Below, in pieces: positions 48,193-57,134 of a DNA stretch of 64,000 bases (its first letter is position 1; every line of letters starts with the position of its first letter). The notes beneath the pieces are model-generated. The model worked only from the letters and a program-made list of their open reading frames with translations, had not been told where the DNA came from and searched no databases. The DNA is taken from positions 32,001-96,000 of the IMG/VR virus record IMGVR_UViG_3300025288_000012; one strand, 5' to 3'. The stretch is from a virus. Position numbers and translations under genes: made by a program.

Positions 48193-48274
48193 TGGAACTA
48201 GAACTTTCACTAGAACTTTCACTACAACGTTGTAGTGAATTCGGTCATTCGTGCTGAATGAAGCACGAATGACC

Positions 48275-48290
48275 CAACTATATGTTGGCT
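48275..48290 (+). promoter_or_regulatory. NrdR-box-like site upstream of nrdJ
   Basis: CAACTATATGTTGGCT fits the conserved core CwAtATaTwG with one change at a weak position. Confidence 0.3.
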
Positions 48291-48391
48291 GGGTATAGAG
48301 GAGTTTGAGCTACAGGATTTTTCCATCGTTTCATGCACTCCTGCAGATGGCTATTGCCCGTTAGTGCTAGGCATGATTACTGTAAAATGAA

Positions 48392-51300
48392 ATGTTATTC
48401 ACTACTTCGGGAATGGGCATGAACATAGGACTACAAGAAGCTTCATTTGACATTTGGGATACCAAATATCGGCTGCGTGACTCGGAAGGCAATCCAGTAG
48501 ACAAAGACCTAGAAGCCTCGCGCAGGCGTGTCGCTACTGCCTTAGCTGAAGCGGAGCCAGCCGAGATGCGAGCTAGTTACGAGAAACTCTACTATGACGC
48601 TCTGGAGTATGCTATCCCTGCTGGGCGCATCTACTCCAATGCTGGTGCATCGGATCATAAAAGAGCCGTGTCTCTAATCAACTGCACGGTCAGTGATACC
48701 ATCCAGGATTCGATGGACAGCATCCTGATGAAGCTATACGAATCTGGTCTTACGCTACGGGCAGGGTGCGGTATAGGATATGAGTTCAGTACTTTGCGCC
48801 CGAAAGGCAGTTTCGTTTTCGGTGCGGGTGCTGTAACATCAGGCCCGTTGTCCTTCATGGACGTATATGACAAGACGTGCTTCACTATTTCTTCAGCAGG
48901 TGGTCGTCGTGGTGCTCAGATGGCCACCTTCGACATTTCACATCCTGACGTACTTGAGTTCATACGGGCAAAGCGTGAGGATGGCCGTCTGCGTCAGTTC
49001 AACCTATCAGTGTTGGTTACTGACGAATTCATCCACGCCGTCAAGAATGATTTGACCTGGGTGTTTAAGTGGGATGGAAAGCCGTATGGAAATCCCATTC
49101 CGGCTAAAGAGTTGTGGGACATCATTATGAAGTCCACCTACAACTTCGCTGAGCCTGGCTTCCTCCTTGTAGACCGTATTAACCATTACAACAACCTTTG
49201 GTTCTGCGAGAACCTTCGTGCTACGAATCCTTGTGTCACAGGGGATACCTTAGTTGCAGTAGCAGGGCGTGGTCCAGTACCTATTAAGCAACTTGCTGAA
49301 GAAGGTGTAGATATACCCGTATACGGGTATGACTTTGAAACAGGAAAAACCGTAGTCAAGTACGGGCGAAACCCACGTCGAACCGGAATAGGACATAAGG
49401 TTTATCGCGTAACACTTGATGACGGTTCCTCTTTCAAAGGTAATGCTAAGCACAAAGTTCCACTACGCGATGGGTCAATAGTGGGGATTGAGGACTTAGT
49501 GGGTGGGGAAAGTCTCGTACCTTTCGTCCTAAAGGACGACCGTTATGGCACATTTGTTCAAACTACGGACGGCTATAGCAAAGACTACCAACTCCTGCTG
49601 AACTGCAAGTATTATGGCACGGATCTGGATTTTGGTACAGGTGTAGGTAAAATCCATAGTCACCACGTAGATGGTGACCACTTCAATAACGACATGGACA
49701 ATCTAGAAGCTATGTACCATGAGGAGCATACGTCCCATCATCTTACAGAAGCAAATTACGGCGTAGTCAGTCAAGGACGTGTTCAACCTCTCAAGGTTCG
49801 TAAGACAAAACACTCTAAAACCACACGTAGGTTAATCGGACTTAAGACGCTTGCTCGATTTTCTAATAACCCAGCTTTTAAAGCTAATCATCGCGCGGCC
49901 GTAGCTGAGGCAATGCAAAAACCTGAGACACGTGCTTTACTGTCAAAGGTTAAAACTAAAGATCGCCAAGTATTGAGCTGCGTGTGTGAGGGGTGTGAAA
50001 CACCTTTTAATCTTACCGTAATTGTAGGACGGACTAGCCCACAACGCTTCTGTAGTCAATCGTGTGCTGCTGCGCACAACTCAGCTATAGCTGCGAATAC
50101 ACCTCGTACCCAAGAGACGTTAGACGCAATATCAAAGGGGTCCAAAGCATTTGCAGCTACTCGAAAAGGGCGTAAGTCTAAACGTGCTGCTGGTTCTGCC
50201 TCTATTGTGCAGAGTTCCTTGAAATGTGGCTCGATGATGCTTCATCTTGGACATAAAATCTCAGCACGTACTTGGGACTCCTTGAAGTACGTTCTTCATG
50301 AGGCTGGGATCAAACCAACTATCGGTGCTGCCTGGATTGATAATCAGTGGGATGGTGACTGGAAAGCCTTCACTAAGGAGTGCAAGGCCTATAATCACAA
50401 GGTAGTAAGCATTGAGTACGTAGGGCGAGAAGACGTTTACAATCTAACTGTGGACGATGTACACAATTACTGCATAGTGACAAAGTCTTGGAAGGATAAG
50501 GGTATCACATACTGGACAGGTGTGCTGCAAAAAAATTGCGGTGAGCAACCGCTTCCCCCTTACGGGGCGTGCTTGTTGGGTTCCCTCAACCTGACCAAAT
50601 TCGTACTCAATCCGTTCACTTCAGCTGCTACCTTCGACTTTTCAAAGTATGAGGAGATCATCAAGATCTTTACCCGTATGCTGGACAACGTCGTAGAAAG
50701 TAATGGTCTTCCCTTGATCCAACAGCGTCATGAGATCGAGTCCAAGCGTCGTCACGGAATGGGTTTCTTGGGTCTCGGTTCTACCTTGACTATGCTAGGT
50801 ATGACCTATGGCAGTCCAGAGTCAGTAGCCTTCACCTCTGAGGTCACGAAATGTTTGGCCATGACCAGCTTTGATGCTGGTGTTGACCTGGCTATCGAAA
50901 AAGGTGAAGCCCCTATTCTGCAACAAGAGTTCAATTCGGTTGAGCTTCAAAATTCTCCCAATGGTCGTTTCAATACCAACATGCGGTACGCGAACGAGAC
51001 CTACACTGGTCGTCAGCTTTTGCTTCAAAGCCATTACTTCGATGCGTGGCGGAGCGACGAGAGAGGGTCAGCAATTCTCAAGCGTATCAAGAAACACGGC
51101 TGTCGGTTTACCCATGCTACGTCTTTGGCACCTACAGGCTGTTGCCTGTCCTCAACTAAAATAATAACTGATGCTGGAATAAAGTCTTATCAGTCTATTA
51201 TGGAGGAGAACGGTATTGACTGGAAGTCTATAGAAAAAACAAACGAAAAGCAATGGCTACCACTCAAGCCTTTCACCTTACCGTCACTTGATAACTATGC

Positions 51301-51478
51301 TGACAGCAGTGATAAAATTTGGTACAATGGTTACGAAGAAATTTACGAAATTGTATTTGAAGATGGCTCTATCTTTGAGTGTACTCCCATTCATAAACTT
51401 TTTGTACGAATTGGTAAACATATCGTAGAAGTTGAAGCACAATACTTGAAAGGAGACGAAGATATTGTGTCCTACTAA
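48392..51478 (+). CDS. nrdJ: Class II ribonucleotide reductase NrdJa, N-terminal fragment, with a contiguous intein and the N-half of a split intein
   Basis: PAGRI, SLINC, GCGIG, GGRRGAQM, ATNP|..|CGEQPL, GACLLGS, HATSLAPTG|C. Likely start MNIGLQ near 48419. Confidence 0.92.
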   Translation: MLFTTSGMGMNIGLQEASFDIWDTKYRLRDSEGNPVDKDLEASRRRVATALAEAEPAEMRASYEKLYYDALEYAIPAGRIYSNAGASDHKRAVSLINCTVSDTIQDSMDSILMKLYESGLTLRAGCGIGYEFSTLRPKGSFVFGAGAVTSGPLSFMDVYDKTCFTISSAGGRRGAQMATFDISHPDVLEFIRAKREDGRLRQFNLSVLVTDEFIHAVKNDLTWVFKWDGKPYGNPIPAKELWDIIMKSTYNFAEPGFLLVDRINHYNNLWFCENLRATNPCVTGDTLVAVAGRGPVPIKQLAEEGVDIPVYGYDFETGKTVVKYGRNPRRTGIGHKVYRVTLDDGSSFKGNAKHKVPLRDGSIVGIEDLVGGESLVPFVLKDDRYGTFVQTTDGYSKDYQLLLNCKYYGTDLDFGTGVGKIHSHHVDGDHFNNDMDNLEAMYHEEHTSHHLTEANYGVVSQGRVQPLKVRKTKHSKTTRRLIGLKTLARFSNNPAFKANHRAAVAEAMQKPETRALLSKVKTKDRQVLSCVCEGCETPFNLTVIVGRTSPQRFCSQSCAAAHNSAIAANTPRTQETLDAISKGSKAFAATRKGRKSKRAAGSASIVQSSLKCGSMMLHLGHKISARTWDSLKYVLHEAGIKPTIGAAWIDNQWDGDWKAFTKECKAYNHKVVSIEYVGREDVYNLTVDDVHNYCIVTKSWKDKGITYWTGVLQKNCGEQPLPPYGACLLGSLNLTKFVLNPFTSAATFDFSKYEEIIKIFTRMLDNVVESNGLPLIQQRHEIESKRRHGMGFLGLGSTLTMLGMTYGSPESVAFTSEVTKCLAMTSFDAGVDLAIEKGEAPILQQEFNSVELQNSPNGRFNTNMRYANETYTGRQLLLQSHYFDAWRSDERGSAILKRIKKHGCRFTHATSLAPTGCCLSSTKIITDAGIKSYQSIMEENGIDWKSIEKTNEKQWLPLKPFTLPSLDNYADSSDKIWYNGYEEIYEIVFEDGSIFECTPIHKLFVRIGKHIVEVEAQYLKGDEDIVSY
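49232..50536 (+). mobile_element. NrdJ intein (435 aa) at the NP|CGE site with HNH nuclease, ends KN
   Basis: NP|CVTGDTLV..HSHHVDGDHFNNDMDNL..VYNLTVDDVHNY..VLQKN|CGEQ. Confidence 0.9.
51140..51478 (+). mobile_element. Split intein N-half (112 aa) on NrdJa-N
   Basis: APTG|CCLSSTKII..FEDGSIFECTPIHKL..LKGDEDIVSY*. Confidence 0.9.
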
Positions 51479-51544
51479 GACTTAATCTGCTAGGTGCAAT
51501 CGAGCAATCATCACTGTAATTTAATGATGTTAAAATAGTGGAGA

Positions 51545-52858
51545 TTGCACCAGATGAAAAATCTACCAATAGACTGCATATTAGGTTGGTATTCCAAGTC
51601 GTTTAAGTGGTTTTCTGAGCATTCCACTTCGGAATTAAAGAGAGAACTAGTTGCACTACCTAAGTCGCAATTAAGAATTTTATACGGAACTCCAGCTGGG
51701 TATGACAACTCAATGTTTTCTAAGGTACCAGAATACGTTTTGCGAAACGGTCTTTTATACGCAAAAAAATTTAACGATAGACATGCAGCATTCAAGTACA
51801 TTAAGTATACTCTTGAGTTGGATACTTTAGACCATTTGATTCCCGGTCAGTTTGGTATATTTCTTGAGCTTTTATTGAAGCGGGGCGTTACATTGCAGCC
51901 TAAGACTAGGGAGTACGCGGTTGCAAAATACGGAGAAGCGTTAGGTCCATATTATCGTACAAAGGTTTTAGCTAAGGCAAACCCATACAGCGTAGAGGCC
52001 GTTATGACTAGGAACGGTCTATGCAAGTCTGATGCCTTAAAAGTAATAGAAGAGCGCAAGAAAGCAACTTCAGGATCTTTAGAAACTTTTGTAAAACGCT
52101 ACGGTGCAAAGGAAGGAAGTCGAAGGCACAAACTTTTCGGGCAACGCTCCTCACATACTAAAGAGAAATTTAAAGAGAAATACGGCAAAAGGTGGGCAAA
52201 GAAATGGAGATCTTATAGAAGATCGAAGGATAGCTCTTCATTAGAATTCTGGATAACGAAATTGGGTCCAGAACTCGGTCCTGCAGCGTACAAAAAGAAA
52301 ATTTTAGCCTGTACGTTTAACTACGAGGAGTGCTTGCTAAAATTTGACGGTGATGAAAAGAATGCAAGCAAATTCTACAGAGACTACTGTTTACGAAAAA
52401 CAAGACATTGGAGAGGTGCTGGTAATGGAGGTGCTCTAACAAAAGAATCTAAAAAGTTTTTCAATCCTATACTTGACTATTTGGATGAAATAGGAATTGA
52501 CTATATAATAGGTGACTCACGTGGTGGTAAAGAATACTACATCTGGGATAATTTTCAGAAGAAAATTAGGTATTATGACTTCTGCATTCCTGATATCAAA
52601 TACATAATAGAGTTTGATGGTGGTACACATCCTAGTCCTTTGCTCTCAAAAAATGAGCTTAGAACTTGGCGGTGTTTTTTAAGTGGTGTTTCAGCACAAA
52701 CCCGATTAGAAGATGACAATAGAAAAGAATACTTAGCAGTTAGAAAGGGATTCACCTTTAGCCGCATACACGTGGACGAGTTTAGGGCCGATCCACATAT
52801 GCAAATTAAAAAGCATTTGAACCAAATAACTAAACTTCTTAAAAAGGAAAGACCGTGA
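51545..52858 (+). CDS. Free-standing Vsr/DUF559-like homing endonuclease between the split-intein halves
   Basis: YYDFCIP..IIEFDGG.HP..DDNRK..AVRKGF..RIH; N-terminal SLExFxxxYG-type repeats; A-rich. Confidence 0.8.
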   Translation: MHQMKNLPIDCILGWYSKSFKWFSEHSTSELKRELVALPKSQLRILYGTPAGYDNSMFSKVPEYVLRNGLLYAKKFNDRHAAFKYIKYTLELDTLDHLIPGQFGIFLELLLKRGVTLQPKTREYAVAKYGEALGPYYRTKVLAKANPYSVEAVMTRNGLCKSDALKVIEERKKATSGSLETFVKRYGAKEGSRRHKLFGQRSSHTKEKFKEKYGKRWAKKWRSYRRSKDSSSLEFWITKLGPELGPAAYKKKILACTFNYEECLLKFDGDEKNASKFYRDYCLRKTRHWRGAGNGGALTKESKKFFNPILDYLDEIGIDYIIGDSRGGKEYYIWDNFQKKIRYYDFCIPDIKYIIEFDGGTHPSPLLSKNELRTWRCFLSGVSAQTRLEDDNRKEYLAVRKGFTFSRIHVDEFRADPHMQIKKHLNQITKLLKKERP

Positions 52859-53595
52859 AGATATCGTCAGTGCGAAAAACAGGTTTTAAGAAACCTACCT
52901 GGGATATTGAGGTAAGAGAAAAACACTGCTATCAACTTTCTAATGGAGTTTTGTCTCATAACACAATCGCTTTGTCACTGGGCGACAACTGCTCAAATGG
53001 TATCGAGCCGAGTTACTCACACAGCTACGTGCGCAACGTTATCCGCGAAGGCCGCAATGCCAAGGAAGCAGTTATGGTGTACTCTCACGAGTTCCGAGTG
53101 TACAAGCACCTAGTTGAGAACGAAGGCTTGCCCCATACTATTACACCTGAGCAGAAAGCTCAAATGATTGAGCAGGACCTAGATCCAAATGTGCCGCATC
53201 CTCGGTTCATGCCAGAGTGTTTCAGTACAACTGATACCATAGATCCTGAGCACCACATTGATATTCAAGCTGCTGCCCAAACGTGGATTGATAGCTCTAT
53301 CTCTAAGACTATCAATGTACCTACGGACTTTCCCTTCGAGAAGTTCTCAGACATCTATCTCAAGGCGTATGACGCTGGACTTAAAGGCTGTACTACGTTC
53401 CGGTTCAATCCAGAGGCGTTCAGTGGAGTCCTTGTGAAAGAGGAAGACCTGAAGAACACAAACTACACGTTCGTCCTTCAATCAGGTGAGGAGAGAACAT
53501 ACAGTGGAAATACTCTTATTGAGTATGAAGGTCAGACACAGACTGCCGCAAATCTGTTCGACGCTGTTAAAGAAAACTACTTCGGAAAGCACTGA
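52855..53595 (+). CDS. nrdJ: Split intein C-half (36 aa, 52855-52962) fused to the NrdJa C-terminal fragment
   Basis: MKISSVRKTG..TWDIEV..LSNGVLSHN|TIALSLG..SNGIEP..QTWIDSSISKTIN..LKGCTTFR. Confidence 0.92.
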   Translation: MKISSVRKTGFKKPTWDIEVREKHCYQLSNGVLSHNTIALSLGDNCSNGIEPSYSHSYVRNVIREGRNAKEAVMVYSHEFRVYKHLVENEGLPHTITPEQKAQMIEQDLDPNVPHPRFMPECFSTTDTIDPEHHIDIQAAAQTWIDSSISKTINVPTDFPFEKFSDIYLKAYDAGLKGCTTFRFNPEAFSGVLVKEEDLKNTNYTFVLQSGEERTYSGNTLIEYEGQTQTAANLFDAVKENYFGKH

Positions 53596-53596
53596 A

Positions 53597-54223
53597 ATGC
53601 ACACCACTACTCCCGCTAAAATAACCGAAAAAATTGTGTCAGTCAAGCTCAGCGAGTCGGCACCTGTTCCGCTTCAATCACTTCATGAGAAGATGAAGCG
53701 GCCCAAAAAGCTACCTGCTACTGCGTATCAACTTCGGACACCCTTGGCAAACAGTTCAGTTTACATACTCGTAAGTGACATAGTCCTTAATGAAGGAACT
53801 GCAAACGAGTCGCGTCGTCCTTTTGAGATCTTCATCAACTCCAAGGAGATGGAGAACTTTCAATGGATCGTTGCACTGACTCGTATGCTGAGTGCTGTGT
53901 TCCGTAAAGGCGGTGACGTTGCTTTTGTAGTCGAGGAACTGAAGGAAGTTTTCGATCCTCGTGGTGGTTACCTATCCAAGTCTGGTTATATTCCTTCTCT
54001 TGTAGCTGAGATCGGAATGGTATTGGAGGAGCATTTCACCATGCTGGGAATAATAAAGAAAGATGACTCGCTGACTAAGGCCATCGAGGAAAAGAAAGCA
54101 CAGCACCTAGCGAAAGGTGGGTCAATCAACGGTGCAACTTGTCCGAAGTGTGGATCCCCCACGTTGGTTCCTCTTGATGGATGCCCAACGTGTCTTACTT
54201 GTGGACATAGTAAGTGCGGCTAG
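53597..54223 (+). CDS. NrdJb-like subunit (TSCPD domain + C-terminal Zn ribbon)
   Basis: RPFEIFINSK..LTRMLSAVFRKGG..CPKC..GCPTCLTCGHSKCG; start MHTTT at 53597 (track 53486). Confidence 0.85.
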   Translation: MHTTTPAKITEKIVSVKLSESAPVPLQSLHEKMKRPKKLPATAYQLRTPLANSSVYILVSDIVLNEGTANESRRPFEIFINSKEMENFQWIVALTRMLSAVFRKGGDVAFVVEELKEVFDPRGGYLSKSGYIPSLVAEIGMVLEEHFTMLGIIKKDDSLTKAIEEKKAQHLAKGGSINGATCPKCGSPTLVPLDGCPTCLTCGHSKCG

Positions 54224-54362
54224 GCGTGGAAACGGAAGATCAAGTAGTGCCTGATGGAGCTGCTGCACCAGTCGTTAAACTCTAGCAGCTCCTGAGGAAC
54301 ATACAGCTCCTCCAACTTTCCAACTTTCCACTATCCGTAAGGGATAGCACTAAAGGTGCTCT

Positions 54363-54833
54363 ATGTTTGTTACTCGCGGTAAGCTGCTGGCTTTTGATTT
54401 CGTCAAACTAGATAGTGACTTTGACCAGGACAGACTACTAGCACGAATTAGACATTCGTTTTCAGCCCACTCTGGTTTCATTGCCTTCTACGGGTTTTTG
54501 AACTACAGCAACATTGGGCATCAACGACTAGAGCACCTTTTCAATCAACGACTCGAGTTGCATTTTGCTGACGAGAATTGTGACTTGAGGCAGACTGTTG
54601 CCGGTCCAAGATTGTTCGGCTTCGATCTTCCACTTCAACTTGGTTTCGACAAGCAAGCAAAGATCAAAGCACTGTCAGCCTTGGGCGTCAACTGCCTAAA
54701 ATGTTTGGGCACAGCTACCCCATCAATCTGGGGTAGTTCCATTATGACTGCACCAGGTGAATTTTTTAAGTCGAAGTACAACTTTCGTGCCGACAACGCA
54801 TGTACGTTAGGTGATTTTCTACTCTTGAGGTGA
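54363..54833 (+). CDS. Hypothetical protein
   Basis: 156-aa ORF, no motif recognised. Confidence 0.4.
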   Translation: MFVTRGKLLAFDFVKLDSDFDQDRLLARIRHSFSAHSGFIAFYGFLNYSNIGHQRLEHLFNQRLELHFADENCDLRQTVAGPRLFGFDLPLQLGFDKQAKIKALSALGVNCLKCLGTATPSIWGSSIMTAPGEFFKSKYNFRADNACTLGDFLLLR

Positions 54834-54837
54834 GGCT

Positions 54838-55038
54838 ATGACACACAATGAACTTCTTGCACTGCGTCCGGGTGACGTTATACACCATGAGTTCTTCAAA
54901 GACACAGTGATGGTTTCGGCAAACTACGGTGGCCGAGTTACAGCAGTAAGGACGTATGACGTTACCAACCCCTCCGAGTGGAAGGTAGTTGCAAAAGTAT
55001 CCTATGACGACAATAAGGAACAGCACGACAATGGTTGA
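54838..55038 (+). CDS. Small hypothetical protein
   Basis: GAGG RBS, 66 aa. Confidence 0.55.
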   Translation: MTHNELLALRPGDVIHHEFFKDTVMVSANYGGRVTAVRTYDVTNPSEWKVVAKVSYDDNKEQHDNG

Positions 55039-55738
55039 CGTCGTTAGAAACACAAGCTTATCACCAACGGTGTCAATCATGTTTCTTACGGGGAACATGC
55101 ACTCAGGTAAGGATACCTTCGCCGACTTCTTGCTGACTGCCACAGACAACTCTGTAAAAATCGGAATGTCTGATGCTATAATAAGTGTTGCCTCGTACCT
55201 GTACAACCTTTACGACCCGAGCGCTTGGACGGACCAAGAGCAGCGAAAAGTACCCCGTAAAGAATTAGGTGGGAAAACTACCCGGGATATTTTGCGCTGC
55301 GTTGGTGACTCTCTTAGAGAGAAGGATCCTTACGTTTGGACCAGACTTATGGTTCGTACCTTATATGAACTCACGCGCACGGGTGACAAAAAATTGATCG
55401 TGGTAACTGGAATACGACTTATCTCTGAAGCCTTTGTTGCCCGTTCTATTGGAAGCTTAGTTGGCCTTTCAAGAAAATCCCTTACAGTGGATGACACACC
55501 AACTGAACGGGAAGTATCTTTCATCCTGGAAAATTTATGCCACAGCGTAGTAAAAAACGACGGCACTCTATCTGATCTTAAGATAGAGGCATTAAGAGAA
55601 CTGGCGTACTGCCCGAAGCTTACGCCACGTTCTACACTTGAACTCCAGACTCTTGAGTCCACAAACTTCCTTAGTCTTAAAAGTAGTATCGATCTTCATC
55701 AACTATCATTTAAGGAAAAATCATGTTTGACATGTTGA
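55031..55738 (+). CDS. Deoxynucleoside monophosphate kinase (T4 gp1-like)
   Basis: LTGNMHSGKDT P-loop, TTRDILRCVG, WTR, VVTGIR; start about 55031 (track 54989). Confidence 0.8.
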   Translation: MVDVVRNTSLSPTVSIMFLTGNMHSGKDTFADFLLTATDNSVKIGMSDAIISVASYLYNLYDPSAWTDQEQRKVPRKELGGKTTRDILRCVGDSLREKDPYVWTRLMVRTLYELTRTGDKKLIVVTGIRLISEAFVARSIGSLVGLSRKSLTVDDTPTEREVSFILENLCHSVVKNDGTLSDLKIEALRELAYCPKLTPRSTLELQTLESTNFLSLKSSIDLHQLSFKEKSCLTC

Positions 55739-56199
55739 CCCAACTTTCATTCGCTGCAGTAGGTATCAAGGCCAAGCGTCTACATCCAAAGGCTATTTTA
55801 CCTCAGGTGATGACTCCGGGATCAGCTGCTGCTGATCTTTATGCTGTTGAGGATCAGTGGCTTCACCCCAACAAGCCTACGTTGTTCGGCACCGGCTGGG
55901 CTTTTGAGCTGCCTAGCAACATGCTGTACTTTGAAGTTGTACCGCGTTCAGGTCTGGCGTACAAGGAAAACATGACTGTGGCAAACAGTCCTGCCACTAT
56001 CGACTTCGACTATCGGGGTGAGCTGAAGGTCATGCTGTACAACCGTACTGGTCAGCCTATCAATATAAAGGCAGGTGAGCGTATGGCACAGCTGATAGTC
56101 GGCATTACCTTTACATCAATGGTGCCTTTCAACGAAGTTGAAGAACTTACCAGCACCGAACGTGGTGAGGGTGGATTCGGTTCAACCGGAAAGAGCTAG
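55723..56199 (+). CDS. dut: Trimeric dUTPase
   Basis: AAADL, PRSGLA, TIDFDYRGE, GERMAQL, RGEGGFGSTG. Confidence 0.95.
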   Translation: MFDMLTQLSFAAVGIKAKRLHPKAILPQVMTPGSAAADLYAVEDQWLHPNKPTLFGTGWAFELPSNMLYFEVVPRSGLAYKENMTVANSPATIDFDYRGELKVMLYNRTGQPINIKAGERMAQLIVGITFTSMVPFNEVEELTSTERGEGGFGSTGKS

Positions 56200-56207
56200 G
56201 AACTTTA

Positions 56208-56525
56208 ATGCACACCGAACCCAAAACATGCCTCACCGATGGAAGCCCTCCTGATCTCGACTACGACAAGATTGGTGAGAACGGCCAGCAGAAAGACTAT
56301 CTGGTCCTTTGCCCGGAGGAGAGAGCTAGAGGTTTCATTCGCCCTGTCAGGCAGAGTTATCGTCATACAAAATGCGGTGCCGTAACTACTATGCAACTGG
56401 CACTTGCTGAGACTTACGCAAGAGACCCGAAGTTCTATTCAGGTACCTATTGCGTAGGCTGTGGTGCGCATTTCCCTGTTGCAGAGTTCACTTGGGAGCC
56501 TGACGGCTCAGTTCTAGGGTCTTAG
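56208..56525 (+). CDS. Small Cys/His-containing hypothetical protein
   Basis: HTKCG..YCVGC; 105 aa. Confidence 0.6.
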   Translation: MHTEPKTCLTDGSPPDLDYDKIGENGQQKDYLVLCPEERARGFIRPVRQSYRHTKCGAVTTMQLALAETYARDPKFYSGTYCVGCGAHFPVAEFTWEPDGSVLGS

Positions 56526-56526
56526 C

Positions 56527-56848
56527 ATGATCTGTATCATCGTATGCCTGTGCGGCTCGTCACGCTTCTACGGTGCTTTTCAAGAGCACCTGTACCTTGA
56601 AGAGCCGAAGGGAAAAATCATCCTTACCATGGGTTTCTTACCTCACGTTGGTCCGAACGATCCATCATGGTATGTTGGGCATCACTGAAGAGCAGAAAGA
56701 AATGCTGGATACCCTTCTCCATCGTAAGATAGACCTTGCCGATGAAATTCTAGTCTTGAACGTAGGAGGCCACATATGTAAATCAACTGCGCGTGAGATC
56801 GAGTATGCTCTTAACCAAGGCAAATCATTAACTACTTGGAGCCACTAA
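56527..56848 (+). pseudogene. Frameshifted nucleoside 2-deoxyribosyltransferase-like (DUF4406-type) gene
   Basis: Frame A gives IVCLCGSSRF..KIILTMG; frame B gives QKEMLD..RKIDLADEILVLNVGG..REIEYA. Confidence 0.55.
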
Positions 56849-57103
56849 ATGGCGTCTAACCATCCCCAACGTAAGAAAAAACAAAACGTAACAAAGCCGG
56901 AAGAGTTGACGCTAGACGCGCTCCGAAAGCTCATAAGCTCAAAGTACGGTCGGTTCCCACCGTACAAGCTTGCACATCCTGAATCCGTGGTTGTTGCAGT
57001 GTATATGTTCAACCACGAGCAAGATATGCAGCTACTGCAATTCCAGTCATTCCTTCTCCGGACCTTAACAGCCTTCCAGCACGGTAGACTTCAGTCCCAG
57101 TGA
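56849..57103 (+). CDS. Hypothetical protein
   Basis: 84-aa ORF abutting the upstream stop. Confidence 0.4.
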   Translation: MASNHPQRKKKQNVTKPEELTLDALRKLISSKYGRFPPYKLAHPESVVVAVYMFNHEQDMQLLQFQSFLLRTLTAFQHGRLQSQ

Positions 57104-57134
57104 TCATCTTCAAATAACCTAAAGGAAAAATCTC

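Larger units (their letters stand above)
46777..48390. other. Largely non-coding region dense in inverted and tandem repeats (origin/packaging/ncRNA candidate)
   Basis: No convincing long genes; at least six perfect inverted repeats plus a 30-bp tandem array. Confidence 0.55.

Noticed and set aside
48195-48390. Cobalamin riboswitch upstream of nrdJ
   Set aside because: Hairpins are present but I could not find the conserved B12-box or GGGAA core elements.
51479-52854. Group I intron in nrdJ
   Set aside because: IntN and IntC have natural stop and start ends, the endonuclease ORF fills almost the whole gap, and I see no intron core. Not formally excluded without RT-PCR.
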